64,000 bases of DNA, taken from Chlorobiaceae bacterium (GTDB lineage Bacteria; Bacteroidota; Chlorobiia; Chlorobiales; Chlorobiaceae). Both the position numbers and the translations under genes were made by a program. Below the pieces are notes generated by a model, which had not been told where the DNA came from, made no database searches, and was given only the letters and a program-made list of their open reading frames with translations. This document shows positions 48,244 through 59,631 of this stretch, piece by piece. The stretch's first letter is position 1; each line of letters opens with the position of its first letter. Where the stretch lies: assembly GCA_012972825.1 (NCBI GenBank), contig JABDHL010000026.1:40019-104018 (forward strand), given 5' to 3'.

Positions 48244-49515
48244 ATGGACAAACTTGTCATAAGAGGCGGACGCCGGATCTCCGGCTGCATAACTGCCTCA
48301 GGTTCTAAAAACACTTCCTTACCAATTATTGCTGCTACACTTCTAACCGGAAACGGTACCTTTTCTCTACATAATATCCCGGATCTGAAGGATATTCTGA
48401 CCTTTACCCAACTGCTTCATCATCTTGGAGCTGAAACTTCCTTTTCCGGGAACACCTTGACGGTTTCGTCCCGAAATGTGAAAAGTCTTCAGGCTCCCTA
48501 TGAACTGGTTAAAAAAATGAGAGCCTCAATCTATGTGCTCGGACCGTTGCTTGCAAGGTTCGGCCACGCAAGGGTGTCTCTTCCCGGGGGATGTGCATTC
48601 GGTCCACGTCCGATAGACCTTCATTTAATGGCTATGGAAAAGCTTGGAGCCACCATCACGATTGAAACAGGGTTTATCGATGCAACGGTCAAGGGAGGCA
48701 AGCTGCAGGGAGCCCATATTGATTTCCCCATCTCTTCTGTCGGGGCAACAGGAAACGCCTTAATGGCAGCTGTGCTTGCTGAGGGCACAACTACCATCAG
48801 CAATGCCGCAATGGAACCGGAAATTGAGACCCTTTGCAAATTTCTCACAGCCATGGGTGCAACAATCAGGGGTACAGGAAGCACTGAGCTTCAAATAGAA
48901 GGCACCGATTCGCTCAATGCAATTGAATTTCATAACGTTTTTGACCGTATCGAAACAGGAACACTGCTTGCAGCAGCAGCCATAACCGGTGGCGACATTA
49001 CGGTAAACGGTGTTGATCCCGAACAATTGAAAGCTGTTCTTAAAAAATTTATCCATGCAGGCTGCAGTGTTGAAACAACCGTCAGCAGCGTTACCCTGAA
49101 AAGCCCTGAAAAGCTTTTATCGACTGATGTCACCGCAAAACCCTATCCTGCCTTTCCGACCGACATGCAGGCTCAATGGATAGCGCTGATGACCCAGGCA
49201 GAGGGAATAAGCCATATTATTGACAAAGTCTATCATGAAAGATTCAATCATATACCTGAACTGAACAGACTGGGGGCTCATATTGACATCCGCAAAAACC
49301 AGGCAGTTGTTCACGGGCCTCAAAAACTTTCCGGTACTACAGTCATGTCGACCGATCTGAGAGCATCTGCCAGCCTTGTGCTTGCAGGGCTTGTTGCTGA
49401 AGGCACTTCAGAGGTATTGAGAGTCTATCACCTTGACAGAGGGTATGAGAAGATTGAAACGAAACTGAACAGCCTGGGCGCTGACATCACCCGTGAAAAA
49501 TATATCGAATTTTAA
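48244..49515 (+). CDS. murA: UDP-N-acetylglucosamine 1-carboxyvinyltransferase
   Basis: 423 aa. [14 protein letters not shown]…[20 protein letters not shown] (active-site Cys) and the typical length. Confidence 0.92.
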   Translation: MDKLVIRGGRRISGCITASGSKNTSLPIIAATLLTGNGTFSLHNIPDLKDILTFTQLLHHLGAETSFSGNTLTVSSRNVKSLQAPYELVKKMRASIYVLGPLLARFGHARVSLPGGCAFGPRPIDLHLMAMEKLGATITIETGFIDATVKGGKLQGAHIDFPISSVGATGNALMAAVLAEGTTTISNAAMEPEIETLCKFLTAMGATIRGTGSTELQIEGTDSLNAIEFHNVFDRIETGTLLAAAAITGGDITVNGVDPEQLKAVLKKFIHAGCSVETTVSSVTLKSPEKLLSTDVTAKPYPAFPTDMQAQWIALMTQAEGISHIIDKVYHERFNHIPELNRLGAHIDIRKNQAVVHGPQKLSGTTVMSTDLRASASLVLAGLVAEGTSEVLRVYHLDRGYEKIETKLNSLGADITREKYIEF

Positions 49516-49593
49516 CAACCACCGAAAAAAGATTATTGTTTTGCATATTATCAACGAAACGTTATATTATCTGCCTCTAAAGCCAAGCATTGA

Positions 49594-49667
49594 GGGCCCT
49601 TAGCTCAGTTGGTCAGAGCAAGCGACTCATAATCGCTGGGTCGTAGGTTCAAGTCCTACAGGGCCCA
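49594..49667 (+). tRNA. tRNA with CAT anticodon (Met or lysidine-type Ile2; resembles tRNA-Ile2 as I recall it)
   Basis: Cloverleaf by hand: acceptor GGGCCCT/AGGGCCC, anticodon loop CT-CAT-AA, T-arm GTAGG-TTCAAGT-CCTAC. No encoded CCA. Confidence 0.85.
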
Positions 49668-49692
49668 CAGGTAGTGAAAATAATAAGTACCT

Positions 49693-49766
49693 GGCGTGTT
49701 CGTCTAGTGGCCCAGGACATCGCCCTCTCAAGGCGAAGATCACGGGTTCGAATCCCGTACACGCTA
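49693..49766 (+). tRNA. tRNA-Glu (CTC)
   Basis: GGCGTGTTCGTCTAGTGGCCCAGGACATCGCCCTCTCAAGGCGA…GGGTTCGAATCCC… It has a Glu-type D-arm and the anticodon loop CT-CTC-AA. Confidence 0.85.
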
Positions 49767-49773
49767 CATAGAA

Positions 49774-49847
49774 GCACCCGTAGCTCAACTGGATAGAGTA
49801 TCTGACTACGAATCAGACGGTTAGAGGTTCGACTCCTCTCGGGTGCA
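49774..49847 (+). tRNA. tRNA-Arg (ACG)
   Basis: Acceptor GCACCCG/CGGGTGC, anticodon stem TCTGA/TCAGA with loop CT-ACG-AA, and T-loop GGTTCGACTCC. Confidence 0.88.
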
Positions 49848-49866
49848 CAACTTGTTGAAGTGATAT

Positions 49867-49939
49867 TGAGGAGTGGCCAAATTGGTAAGGCACCTGATTC
49901 TGGATCAGACAATTGCAGGTTCGAGTCCTGCCTCCTCAG
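49867..49939 (+). tRNA. tRNA-Gln (CTG)
   Basis: Acceptor TGAGGAG/CTCCTCA, anticodon loop TT-CTG-GA, and T-loop GGTTCGAGTCC. Confidence 0.8.
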
Positions 49940-49940
49940 C

Positions 49941-49982
49941 AAAAAAAAAAGGCACAGTCCAACAAACTGTGTCTTTTTTTTT
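49941..49982. terminator. bidirectional intrinsic terminator
   Basis: A10-GGCACAGT-CCAACAA-ACTGTGTC-T9, between the tRNA cluster (+) and the Ala/Pro lipoprotein gene (-). Confidence 0.75.
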
Positions 49983-50064
49983 ACTTACTTAAAAATTCGA
50001 GCAAAAAAAAGAGACAGAACTTTCGCTCTGTCTCTTTAGCATAAGAACCTGAATAAACGGAAAC

Positions 50065-50307
50065 TTATTTTGCTGGTGCTGCAGGTGCGGCAGGTGCTTC
50101 TGCTGCAGGTGCGGCTGGTGCTGCAGGTGCGGCGGCTGGTGCTTCTGCTGCTGGTGCTGCAGGTGCGGCTGGTGCTGCAGGTGCGGCGGCTGGTGCTTCT
50201 GCTGCTGGTGCGGCTGCAGGAGCTTCTGCAGGAGCTTCAGTTTTTTTTGCACAGCCCACGAAAGAAACTGAGCTTAATAAAAAGAGGAATACGAAAAATT
50301 TTTTCAT
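50065..50307 (-). CDS. small lipoprotein with an Ala/Pro-rich repetitive body
   Basis: MKKFFVFLFLLSSVSFVGC (signal plus lipobox Cys), followed by (A/E)PAAAPAA repeats. The other two frames listed in the track are artefacts of the repeat. Confidence 0.6.
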   Translation of the reverse strand: MKKFFVFLFLLSSVSFVGCAKKTEAPAEAPAAAPAAEAPAAAPAAPAAPAAPAAEAPAAAPAAPAAPAAEAPAAPAAPAK

Positions 50308-50447
50308 TGCTGGATATTTTTTGTTGTTTGATAATTGACAGCTTCTTCAGCTTCTGAATATTAAAAAAAAACAGCGACTTTTCAAAAGACTACTGTATGG
50401 CGGAATATGCAAAATATTTCGATATCCCGCCACAATAAATGTTATTT

Positions 50448-53018
50448 TCACTCTACAAGCATCTCTAATTCCGCTTTTTCAAGCTCATCAAAGTTCAGAT
50501 AGCGATAGATGTTTTCTTCCTTCTCACCGGAGAGATGTCTGGAAAAAACCTCCATATATTCATCCTTGTCCGGCAGATGTCCGAGAAGTGCACTTAATGC
50601 GGCAAGCTCTGCCGAACCAAGATAGACCTGTGCACCAGTGCCCATACGGTTATCAAAATTTCTGGTACTGGTTGAAAATACTACAGCATTATCAGCAACT
50701 CTTGCCTGGTTGCCCATGCAGAGCGAACAGCCTGGAGGCTCAATACGGGCTCCTGATGCACCGAATACTGAATAATAGCCTTCCTCGATAAGTTTTTTCA
50801 TATCCATCTTTGTAGGAGGCACAATCCAGAGCTTCACAGGCACCGCTCCCTTATCTCTTAAAACCTCCCCGAGAGCCCTGAAATGTCCGATATTGGTCAT
50901 ACAGCTTCCAACAAAGACCTCATCTATCACTTTGGGCCTCTTTTCATCACGAAGAACCTCAGTAAGCGTCATGACATCGTCAGGATCGTTAGGGCAGGCA
51001 AGAATCGGTTCAGTGATTTTACTCATATCAATTTCGATAACTTCAGCATACTCTGCATCAGCATCAGGCTCAAGAAGAGATGGCTCTTTCAGCCATGCCT
51101 GCATCTTGCCGATACGACGTTTCAGGGTATCAGCGTCGCCGTATCCCTCTTCAATCATCTGCTGAAGCAAGGTGATGTTCGAACTGAGATATTCAATAAC
51201 GGGCTCTTTATCGAGGCGTACAGTACATGCTGCGGCACTGCGTTCAGCAGAGGCATCACTGAGCTCAAATGCCTGTTCAACCTTGAGCTGCGGCAATCCC
51301 TCAATCTCCAGAATGCGTCCTGCAAATACATTCTTCTTTCCTTTCTTTTCAACCGTCAACATGCCACGTTTGATCGCCTCATAAGGAATGGCATTGACCA
51401 GATCACGTAACGTAATTCCTGGTTGAAGCTTCCCTGAAAAACGCACAAGCACCGATTCCGGAACATTGAGAGGCATAGTGCCTGTTACACCGGCAAATGC
51501 TACAAGTCCGGAACCGGCAGGAAATGATATGCCAATAGGAAATCTGGTATGGGAATCTGCGCCGGTTCCAAGGGTATCGGGCAATACCATACGGTTCAGC
51601 CATGTATGAATAACCCCGTCACCCGGTTTAAGCGAAACACCTCCCCTGCTCTGGATAAAGTAGGGCAGGCTGCGGTGCATCTTTATATCGGAAGGTTTCG
51701 GATAGGCTGAGGTATGACAAAAACTCTGCATCAGCAGATCTGCACTGAAACTCAACGCGGCAAACTCTTTCACTTCGTCGCGGGTCATAGCCCCTGTGGT
51801 ATCCTGCGAGCCAACCGTCAAGGTTTCAGGTTCGACATACATGCCTGGACGTACACCTGGTAAACCGCATGCCCTGCCGATCATTTTTTGAGCAAGGGTG
51901 TAGCCCTTACCGCTATCAACAGGCTGTTCCGGTCGAATAAACAAGGTGTCTTCACCCAACCCAAGAGCTTTTCTTGCTTTTCTTGTCAGGGTTCTGCCTA
52001 TAATCAGTGGAATGCGTCCTCCTGCGCGCACCTCGTCGGAGAGTGTGTTCGGCGAGAGTTCGAAACGTGCTATGACCTCACCGTTTTTCTCTACCCTTCC
52101 CTCAAAAAGGTAAAGATCAATGACATCTCCTGTCTCCATTGCCGTAACATCAGCCTGGATAGGCAACGCTCCGGAATCCTCTGCGGTATTGAAAAATATT
52201 GGTGCTATAATGCCTCCAATGACAACACCACCGGTTCGTTTATTTGGTACTGCAGGAATATTATTGCCCATATGCCACTGCACCGAGTTAATACCGGACT
52301 TGCGGCTTGACCCGGTACCAACAACGTCACCGACATAGGCAAGCGGATGACCTTTTGCTTTCAGTGTTGCAATGGTTCCGATCGGATCAGTCATTTTTGT
52401 GCCAAGCATACAGAGAGCATGCAGGGGAATATCACTGCGGGTAAAAGCCTCGCTGGCGGGAGAAAGATCGTCGGTATTGGTTTCACCCGGGACCTTGAAA
52501 ACCGTAAGCGTCATTTTTTCAGGCAGGAGAGGCTTTGTGGTAAACCATTCGGCTTCTGCCCAGGATGTAAGCACCTCCTCTGCATAGCGATTGGTTTTTG
52601 CAAGGCTTACGACCACATCAAACATGTCATAGACCAGCAGTGTCTTTTTTAATACAACAGCAGCTTCACTACAGATAGCAGGGTCTTTATGGCTTAAGGC
52701 GTCAACAAGAGGCTTGACATTATAACCGCCAAGCATTGTTCCTAAAATCCTGACTGCTTCAATTGTATTGATCACACTGCAGGAAATATCCCCTTTGAGA
52801 ATACCGTCAAGAAAGGCCGCTTTTTCAAAGGCGGCATCGTCAACACCAGGGCTGATATGCTCACGAAACAACTCAAGCAGGTACTCCTTTTCCTGAACGA
52901 CATCCTGCCTCAGCAGCTCAACAAGAGCGCGTGCCTGCTCGGCAGTTAACGGTAAAGGGGGAATACAAAGCTTTGCTCGCTCTTCGGTATGCGCACGATA
53001 TTGTTGTACAAGACTCAT
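50448..53018 (-). CDS. acnB: aconitate hydratase B (bifunctional aconitase 2 / 2-methylisocitrate dehydratase)
   Basis: About 856 aa from ATG 53018 ([24 protein letters not shown]…). AcnB domain order, with Fe-S Cys motifs GSCMTNIG and GCSLCMGNQ. Confidence 0.9.
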   Translation of the reverse strand: MSLVQQYRAHTEERAKLCIPPLPLTAEQARALVELLRQDVVQEKEYLLELFREHISPGVDDAAFEKAAFLDGILKGDISCSVINTIEAVRILGTMLGGYNVKPLVDALSHKDPAICSEAAVVLKKTLLVYDMFDVVVSLAKTNRYAEEVLTSWAEAEWFTTKPLLPEKMTLTVFKVPGETNTDDLSPASEAFTRSDIPLHALCMLGTKMTDPIGTIATLKAKGHPLAYVGDVVGTGSSRKSGINSVQWHMGNNIPAVPNKRTGGVVIGGIIAPIFFNTAEDSGALPIQADVTAMETGDVIDLYLFEGRVEKNGEVIARFELSPNTLSDEVRAGGRIPLIIGRTLTRKARKALGLGEDTLFIRPEQPVDSGKGYTLAQKMIGRACGLPGVRPGMYVEPETLTVGSQDTTGAMTRDEVKEFAALSFSADLLMQSFCHTSAYPKPSDIKMHRSLPYFIQSRGGVSLKPGDGVIHTWLNRMVLPDTLGTGADSHTRFPIGISFPAGSGLVAFAGVTGTMPLNVPESVLVRFSGKLQPGITLRDLVNAIPYEAIKRGMLTVEKKGKKNVFAGRILEIEGLPQLKVEQAFELSDASAERSAAACTVRLDKEPVIEYLSSNITLLQQMIEEGYGDADTLKRRIGKMQAWLKEPSLLEPDADAEYAEVIEIDMSKITEPILACPNDPDDVMTLTEVLRDEKRPKVIDEVFVGSCMTNIGHFRALGEVLRDKGAVPVKLWIVPPTKMDMKKLIEEGYYSVFGASGARIEPPGCSLCMGNQARVADNAVVFSTSTRNFDNRMGTGAQVYLGSAELAALSALLGHLPDKDEYMEVFSRHLSGEKEENIYRYLNFDELEKAELEMLVE

Positions 53019-53259
53019 AAGGTCAATCTCCGGTGTTATGGATGTTTGAAACGAATGTTCGGTAAAAAATAAATGGCAGGGAAAACCTGCGGGCAAACGC
53101 TGCGATAATAAAAAATAAAAATACCATCCCGTACTTTTAAAACCAAAACAACCAAACGTCCTCTTCCTTCGGATACCGAAGTTCTTTAGGCAGAAAACCT
53201 TGTTATGCTTGTTTCTTTATGTGGAAAAGAAAAACGGGAGGAAACCGGTGAAAAAATAA

Positions 53260-54285
53260 CTATACAATCAGCATGCTGTCACCATAACTGAGAAAGTTAT
53301 ACCCCGCTTTAAGGGCTTCATGGTAAACTTTCTGCAGATGCTCCTGACCTGCCAATGCAGCTGTGAGCATAAGAACTGTTGAACGGGGGGCATGAAAATT
53401 GGTAAGCAAAAAATCGATAACACGAAATCGATACCCTGGATAAATAAAAATATCAGCCTCACCGGTAAGCGGTTCGTCACCAGAATAAGTCGTCATGCTC
53501 TCAGCGGCATGTTCAAGTGCCCTGGCAACGGTAGTTCCTACAGCAACAACTCTGCCTCCCGAAGTTTTTGTACGGCGTATTTTATCAACTGTACGGGGCG
53601 GAATAGAGAAAAACTCACGATGCATGACATGCTCTTCAAACGAATCGACCCTGATGGGAAGAAAAGTGCCAAGACCGACATGGAGAGCAAGGGTGACAAC
53701 CTCCACACCTTTGCAGTTAAGCTTATCAAACAGCTCTTGCGTCATATTCAATGAGGCTGTAGGGGCAGCAACAGAACCAGGGAGTTCAGCAAACACCGTC
53801 TGATAGCGCTCTTTATCCACCTCCTCGGCATCCCGTTTGAGATATGGAGGAATGGGCACTGCTCCGAAATGATCGAATAGATCGCTTAACGATCCCTCAC
53901 CGGAAACAGAAATACGGGCTATCCCCTGATCAACAATTTCAGCAACAAGCAGTTCACGATCGTGCGCGATAAGCGTATCACCTTTTTTCAGCTTCCCACG
54001 GTAAAGAACCAGAGTCTGCTCATCCTGATGTTTTTCAAGAAGCATCAGTTCTATCCTTCCTCCTGATGGTTTGCAGGCAAATAACCTTGCCCTTACTACC
54101 CGGGTGTTATTAAGCACAAGCAGATCGCCTGCCTTCAAAAAAGCATCCATACCGGCATATCTGGCATGCTCTATCGCACCTGAGTGACGATCGAGCACCA
54201 AAAGACGGGTCGAGCCTCGTTCCGCAGGAGGGTATCTGGCAATCATTTCTTCAGGCAGTTCGTAATCAAAGTCGCTGACTCTCAT
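53260..54285 (-). CDS. queA: S-adenosylmethionine:tRNA ribosyltransferase-isomerase
   Basis: 341 aa. [19 protein letters not shown], plus LHVGLGTF and TNFH segments. Confidence 0.9.
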   Translation of the reverse strand: MRVSDFDYELPEEMIARYPPAERGSTRLLVLDRHSGAIEHARYAGMDAFLKAGDLLVLNNTRVVRARLFACKPSGGRIELMLLEKHQDEQTLVLYRGKLKKGDTLIAHDRELLVAEIVDQGIARISVSGEGSLSDLFDHFGAVPIPPYLKRDAEEVDKERYQTVFAELPGSVAAPTASLNMTQELFDKLNCKGVEVVTLALHVGLGTFLPIRVDSFEEHVMHREFFSIPPRTVDKIRRTKTSGGRVVAVGTTVARALEHAAESMTTYSGDEPLTGEADIFIYPGYRFRVIDFLLTNFHAPRSTVLMLTAALAGQEHLQKVYHEALKAGYNFLSYGDSMLIV

Positions 54286-55568
54286 AGCACTTTCAATCTT
54301 GCCCGAACAGCTTCGGCATGGGCCTGAAGCCCTTCATAATCTGCAAAAGCTGCGATTTTTTCTCCACTCGATTGCAATTGCTGCTTCGAATAGGAAATAA
54401 TCGATGTATGCTTGACAAAGTCACGAACTGAAAGAGGTGAAAAAAACCTTGCCGTGCCGCTGGTCGGTAAGGTGTGATTTGGTCCTGCAAAGTAATCCCC
54501 TACCGTTTCGCAGGAATAACTCCCCATGAAAATGGCACCTGCATGGTGTATTCCAGGAAGAATATCCCATGGATGTTCAACATGCAGTTCCAGATGTTCA
54601 GGGGCTATCATGTCCGATACCTCACAAGCCTCTTCAAACGATCCTACAAGAATAATGGCACCATTTTGCTGCAGAGAAGAAGCAATAATCTCTCTGCGAA
54701 GCATTGTCGGAAGGCGCGTTTCGGCGCACTCTCTTACTGATGCAGCCAATTTTTCAGAAGTAGTGATCAGTACCGCAGATGCATCCGGATCGTGCTCTGC
54801 CTGGGCAAACATATCAAGCACGATAAATTCAGGATTGGCCGTTTCATCAGCAATGATAACGACCTCAGATGGCCCGGCTATACTGTCGATAGAGACATGG
54901 CCGAACACCTGTTTTTTTGCCAGTGCCACGTATTTGTTACCCGGGCCGGTAATAATATCGACCTTGGGAATAGTTTCAGTCCCATAGGCAAAAGCGCCTA
55001 TTGCCTGTGCGCCTCCGATTTTGTAGACAGAACCAATGCCGGCAACCGTTGCCGCAGTAAGAATATCTGGATTGATCTCACCAGCGACATCACATGGAGT
55101 GGTGATGAAAATATCCTTTACACCGGCAACTTTGGCAGGCGCCGCATTCATGAGAAGTGAAGAAGGATAGGATGCCTTTCCGCCCGGGACATAAAGCATA
55201 GCTTTTTCCATGGGTGTTACCCGCTGACCGAGAATCACGCCTCCATCAGTTTCATAAAAAAAACTTTTCTCGACTTCGTGCTGATGAAAACGGATAATAT
55301 TGCGGTACGCTTCTTCAAGTATCTCAAGAAATCCATGATCTGCATGTTTATACGCATGCTGTATTTCATCAGGGGAAACCATCATCGTCTTCAATCGTAC
55401 ACCCTGGAACCTCTCCGTGTAGTTCAGAACAGCACTGTCACCTTTCTGCCGTACATCTTTCAGAATCTCATCAACGGCAGACTGAACCGAAATGTCGTAA
55501 GTAACACTTCGACTCAGTTGTTCTTTCAAGGCTGAACGTTTTTCAGCAAAACGATAGAGAGGCAGCAC
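54282..55568 (-). CDS. hisD: histidinol dehydrogenase
   Basis: 428 aa with a GTG start. [12 protein letters not shown] and QAEHDPDA motifs. Overlaps queA by 4 nt. Confidence 0.9.
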   Translation of the reverse strand: MLPLYRFAEKRSALKEQLSRSVTYDISVQSAVDEILKDVRQKGDSAVLNYTERFQGVRLKTMMVSPDEIQHAYKHADHGFLEILEEAYRNIIRFHQHEVEKSFFYETDGGVILGQRVTPMEKAMLYVPGGKASYPSSLLMNAAPAKVAGVKDIFITTPCDVAGEINPDILTAATVAGIGSVYKIGGAQAIGAFAYGTETIPKVDIITGPGNKYVALAKKQVFGHVSIDSIAGPSEVVIIADETANPEFIVLDMFAQAEHDPDASAVLITTSEKLAASVRECAETRLPTMLRREIIASSLQQNGAIILVGSFEEACEVSDMIAPEHLELHVEHPWDILPGIHHAGAIFMGSYSCETVGDYFAGPNHTLPTSGTARFFSPLSVRDFVKHTSIISYSKQQLQSSGEKIAAFADYEGLQAHAEAVRARLKVL

Positions 55569-55823
55569 GTCTAACGGATGTTTTGGTTATCTGAATTCAA
55601 TGATTCGATTGCAATAATGTACTCATTAGCTCTATTAATCGGAACACCGGCCTTTGTACAGAGTACAGGGGAAAAAAATCTAAAAAAAGAACCATCAAAA
55701 CACTCTTTTCATTTGAAAAAAAAAATCCATTAACTACCTTAGGGGTTCAGTTCAAACCTTGGAATATAGCCTGAATAAGCTTCTTTCCAAGCCACTATGA
55801 GTTACACATCGAACCATGCTAAG

Positions 55824-56852
55824 ATGAGCTTTTTCAGTAAACTGTTCAGAGATATCGCCATAGATCTTGGAACAGCAAATACATTGATTTTTATACGGGG
55901 CCAGGGAGTTGTTTTAAATGAACCCTCGATTGTCGCCCGCGAACGCAATACAGGAAAAATTGTTGCGATCGGCCATGAAGCACTTCTCATGCATGAAAAA
56001 ACCCATCCTGGCATTATTACAATCCGTCCTCTCGCAAGTGGAGTTATTGCTGACTATGAAGCAACGGAAGAGCTGATCAGAGGATTGATCAATAAAACAA
56101 AAACTCAATTTTCATTCGGTATCCGTCGTATGGTTATCGGTATCCCTTCGGGCATCACCGAGGTAGAAAAACGCGCTGTACGCGACTCTGCAGAACATGT
56201 GGGTGCCAGAGAGGTTTATCTGGTTACTGAGCCAATGGCTGCGGCAATCGGTATAGGACTGGACGTTAAGGAACCGATGGGCAATATGATTGTCGATATC
56301 GGTGGCGGCACTACAGAAATTGCCGTTATTTCACTCGGCGGCATAGCGTCCGGCGAATCCCTGAGGGTTGCGGGAACTGATATCACCAATGCCATTATGC
56401 GTCACTTCCGCAAGGCATACAGTCTGGCCATCGGTGAACGCACAGCAGAAGATGTCAAAATAAAAATTGCATCGGCCTACAAGCTTGAAAAGGAAATGAC
56501 CATGATGGTCAGGGGCAGAAACCTTGTGACCGCACTTCCCGAAGAGCGGGAAGTCAACTCAGCCACCATCAGGGAAGCTATTGCCACCCCGATCAGCCAG
56601 ATCATCACATCGATTAAAAAAAGTCTTGAGGTGACCAAACCGGAATTATCAGCCGATATTCTCGACCGCGGTCTTTTCCTTGCCGGAGGCGGAGCACTGA
56701 TCAAAGGACTTGACAAAAAAATCAATGAGGAGACCAGACTTGCTGTACACATCAGCGAAGATCCACTGACTGCGGTTGCAAGAGGAACAGGAGAGGTTCT
56801 CGAAAACCTTGAAAAATACCGCAGCGTACTCCTTGCGACCAAACGCTACTGA
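55824..56852 (+). CDS. mreB: rod shape-determining protein MreB
   Basis: I prefer ATG 55824 (MSFFSKLFRDIAIDLGTANTLIF); the track start is 55797. Actin-fold motifs include DIGGGTTEIAVISLGG. Confidence 0.92.
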   Translation: MSFFSKLFRDIAIDLGTANTLIFIRGQGVVLNEPSIVARERNTGKIVAIGHEALLMHEKTHPGIITIRPLASGVIADYEATEELIRGLINKTKTQFSFGIRRMVIGIPSGITEVEKRAVRDSAEHVGAREVYLVTEPMAAAIGIGLDVKEPMGNMIVDIGGGTTEIAVISLGGIASGESLRVAGTDITNAIMRHFRKAYSLAIGERTAEDVKIKIASAYKLEKEMTMMVRGRNLVTALPEEREVNSATIREAIATPISQIITSIKKSLEVTKPELSADILDRGLFLAGGGALIKGLDKKINEETRLAVHISEDPLTAVARGTGEVLENLEKYRSVLLATKRY

Positions 56853-56867
56853 AAAGAGTACGGCACC

Positions 56868-58004
56868 TTATTCCTCTTCGATAAGCCTTGTATAATACTC
56901 TTCATACTGTTCAACAAGCGAAGCTGTCTCGAACTGCTTCGCTTGCAGGATACAGGCTTCGGAGCACTCAAGCCAGTGAGTGTGATCTGTAAGCAGAAGA
57001 AGGGCTTTCTCTGTCATGCCAGCAATGTCTCCAGGAGCAAGAAGATAACCATGAACACCGGGAACAATAAATTCGGGAAACCCGCCAGCCAAGGTGGCCA
57101 CAACCGGCACCCCACAGGCCATAGCCTCAAGAGCTGCAAGTCCGAATGACTCCATATTGCTCGGCATGAGCATAAGATCGGCAATAGAAAGCAGCGGGAC
57201 AATAACCTCAAGTTTGCCGAGAAACCTTACCCGATCGGCAATCCCCAACTCCCGCACCAGAATCTCTGCTTCACTGCGTTCGGGACCGTCACCGACAAGA
57301 AGCAGTGTGGCATTAATATGCTGGTCTAAAGCATGAAAAATCCGGATAATATCACCAATGCATTTCACCGGCCTGAAATTGGAGATATGAATAACTATTT
57401 TTTCATCCCCAATACCAAGCTGTTCGCGGATCTCCTGTTTTGGAGAGCGAAAAAAAAACGAGGTATCGACAAAATTGGAAATCACCGTGATCTCTTTTTT
57501 CGGACTGAACATCCTGACGGTTTCATCCTTCAGGTACTCAGAGACAGATGTCACCCCATCAGACTTGTTGATAGCAAGACGGACAACATCCTGCATACCC
57601 CGGTCGGCACCAACAACTGTGATATCAGTGCCATGCAATGTCGTTGCAATCTTGAAACACTTCGCATGTGAACACTTGTCATCGAGCATCTGTCGGGCAA
57701 GCATAGCACTGAGAGCATGTGGAATAGCATAATGTGCATGCACGACATCGAGCTTTTCATAATAAGCGACCTCAGCTATTTTAGAAGCAAGAGCAAGGGA
57801 ATAAAATGAACACTCAAAAAGAGGGTAATGTTTGAGTTCGACCTCATGGTAGAAAATATTTTTTGAAAAAGTACCAAGCCGGAAAGGTACCGACTGGCTG
57901 AAAAAATGAACCGTATGTCCTTTGGCGGCAAGCGCCTTGCCAAGCTCAGTGGCAACGGCCCCGCTTCCGCCATAAGTGGGATGACAGATTATACCTATCT
58001 TCAT
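56868..58004 (-). CDS. bshA: GT4 glycosyltransferase, BshA-like (N-acetylglucosaminyl-L-malate synthase)
   Basis: From ATG 58004 the protein reads MKIGIICHPTYGGSGAVATELGKALAAKGH, which resembles the BshA N-terminus. It also has the C-terminal E…FGLAALEAMACGVPVVA GT4 motif. Confidence 0.65.
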   Translation of the reverse strand: MKIGIICHPTYGGSGAVATELGKALAAKGHTVHFFSQSVPFRLGTFSKNIFYHEVELKHYPLFECSFYSLALASKIAEVAYYEKLDVVHAHYAIPHALSAMLARQMLDDKCSHAKCFKIATTLHGTDITVVGADRGMQDVVRLAINKSDGVTSVSEYLKDETVRMFSPKKEITVISNFVDTSFFFRSPKQEIREQLGIGDEKIVIHISNFRPVKCIGDIIRIFHALDQHINATLLLVGDGPERSEAEILVRELGIADRVRFLGKLEVIVPLLSIADLMLMPSNMESFGLAALEAMACGVPVVATLAGGFPEFIVPGVHGYLLAPGDIAGMTEKALLLLTDHTHWLECSEACILQAKQFETASLVEQYEEYYTRLIEEE

Positions 58005-58158
58005 AGAGCGTGGTTGTTTTTTTTCGTTTAATATAACAATATAAGCAGGCAATAGTTGCCTTTACACTGCTCGGAATTTGCAGGTCAACATGCAGGTCGG
58101 TACATTCAACATCAAGACGATGTAACGAAAGAAACATTATGGACGCATAACGAGAGGG

Positions 58159-59538
58159 ATGGAAAACAGTCTGAAAAAACAAAAGGTTGCTCTAAGCTCG
58201 GTAGCAGCAAGCCTCCTGCTTACCACCATGAAACTTGTGGTCGGCATTATAACAGGCAGCATCGGCATTATTTCTGAGGCTGCGCATTCAGCCCTTGATT
58301 TCGGTGCTGCAGGTCTTACCCTGTTTGCCGTCAGAATGAGCGACAAACCTGCCGACAGTAAACATCACTATGGGCATGCCAAAGTGGAAAGTGTCTCGGC
58401 ACTTATCGAAACCGGACTGCTTATTGTAACAAGCGCTTGGATCATCTATGCCGCAATCGACCGCCTGAAAGGAGGAACCGTCGAATTAGAGGTCACATGG
58501 TACGCGTTTGCTATTATGATCATTTCCATCATTGTTGATTTTTCGCGATCGAGAGCGCTGAAAAAAGTTGCAAAAGAGACCAACAGCCAGGCACTTGAAG
58601 CTGATGCCCTCCACTTCAGTTCAGATATTCTCAGCTCGGCTGTCGTCCTTGCCGGCCTTATTTTTGTTCGAATGGGTTTTGCCTGGGCGGATGCTGCAGC
58701 GGGTATTGCTGTCGCCCTTTTAGTAGGATGGGCCGCTTTCAAGCTCGGAAAAAAAACAATCGATATCTTGATCGATGCGGCGCCGGAAGGTCTTTCTGAG
58801 CGGATTGAAGAGATAGCAATGACCATCGACGGAGTTATTGCTATTGATAAACTCAGGGTAAAACCAACCGGCCCGCAAGTATTTGTTGAAATGGTCATCT
58901 GTGTCAACAGGACCTTGTCGGTTGAAAAAGTTCAGCAAATCTGCAGGAATATTGAGAAAAAAGTTCGCGAAGATTTTCCCGTAGCCGATTTTACCATCAA
59001 TACCAAACCTATTGCACTCAACAACGAAACAATAGCCGAAAGGGTGCACGTGATTGGCTTGAATCACAACCTTCACGCCCATAACATTTCGACAAACCTG
59101 ACCGATAAAAACAAGCACATTACTTTCGATGTTGAAATTGACCAGCATCTTACCATCAAGCAGGCTCACGATACCGTGACCGCTCTTGAAGAGGAGCTGC
59201 ACAGGGAGTTCGATGGAGACCTTGATATCTGTATCCATATTGATCCACTCCGCAATGATGGGCATAATACCAGTTCCCTCTCCTCTGAAGAAGAAAAGCT
59301 TGTGCGCAATATCATTGTCAGTGTCGCACGACATATCGAGAATGTTCAGGACGTCCACGACATCCAGATCAGGAAAAATGATAAGCAGAAACTCTTCATT
59401 ACCCTGCACTGCTCATTTAACGATGAAGTGCTTCTGGAGGAGGTTCATTCACTCACAAGCCGCCTTGAAGGAGCAATTTACCAGTCGCTGCCTGACGCTT
59501 ACCGCGTCATCATCCACGCAGAACCGCTGTTTGCATAA
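58159..59538 (+). CDS. cation diffusion facilitator transporter with three tandem cytoplasmic domains
   Basis: 459 aa. It has a 6-TM CDF core (SEAAHSALD, HFSSD metal-site motifs), followed by three consecutive ~75-aa CDF C-terminal-domain-like repeats ending …INTKP, …IHIDP and …IHAEP. Confidence 0.8.
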   Translation: MENSLKKQKVALSSVAASLLLTTMKLVVGIITGSIGIISEAAHSALDFGAAGLTLFAVRMSDKPADSKHHYGHAKVESVSALIETGLLIVTSAWIIYAAIDRLKGGTVELEVTWYAFAIMIISIIVDFSRSRALKKVAKETNSQALEADALHFSSDILSSAVVLAGLIFVRMGFAWADAAAGIAVALLVGWAAFKLGKKTIDILIDAAPEGLSERIEEIAMTIDGVIAIDKLRVKPTGPQVFVEMVICVNRTLSVEKVQQICRNIEKKVREDFPVADFTINTKPIALNNETIAERVHVIGLNHNLHAHNISTNLTDKNKHITFDVEIDQHLTIKQAHDTVTALEEELHREFDGDLDICIHIDPLRNDGHNTSSLSSEEEKLVRNIIVSVARHIENVQDVHDIQIRKNDKQKLFITLHCSFNDEVLLEEVHSLTSRLEGAIYQSLPDAYRVIIHAEPLFA

Positions 59539-59631
59539 CCATCGGAGGCAAGGAATGCAGCATTGATGCCGGAAACTATCAAACCTGCAATGAGAACATA
59601 CCCTGAACTCTCCAAACGTAAAGCGTTGAAA

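Noticed and set aside
49649-49942. 97-aa minus-strand ORF.
   Set aside because: It is entirely antisense to the four tRNA genes.
49989-50357. Alternative-frame ORFs (QQKHQPPHLQH… and LVLQVRR…) across the Ala/Pro repeat.
   Set aside because: They are artefacts of the GCN-rich tandem repeat. Only the frame with a signal peptide plus lipobox is plausible.
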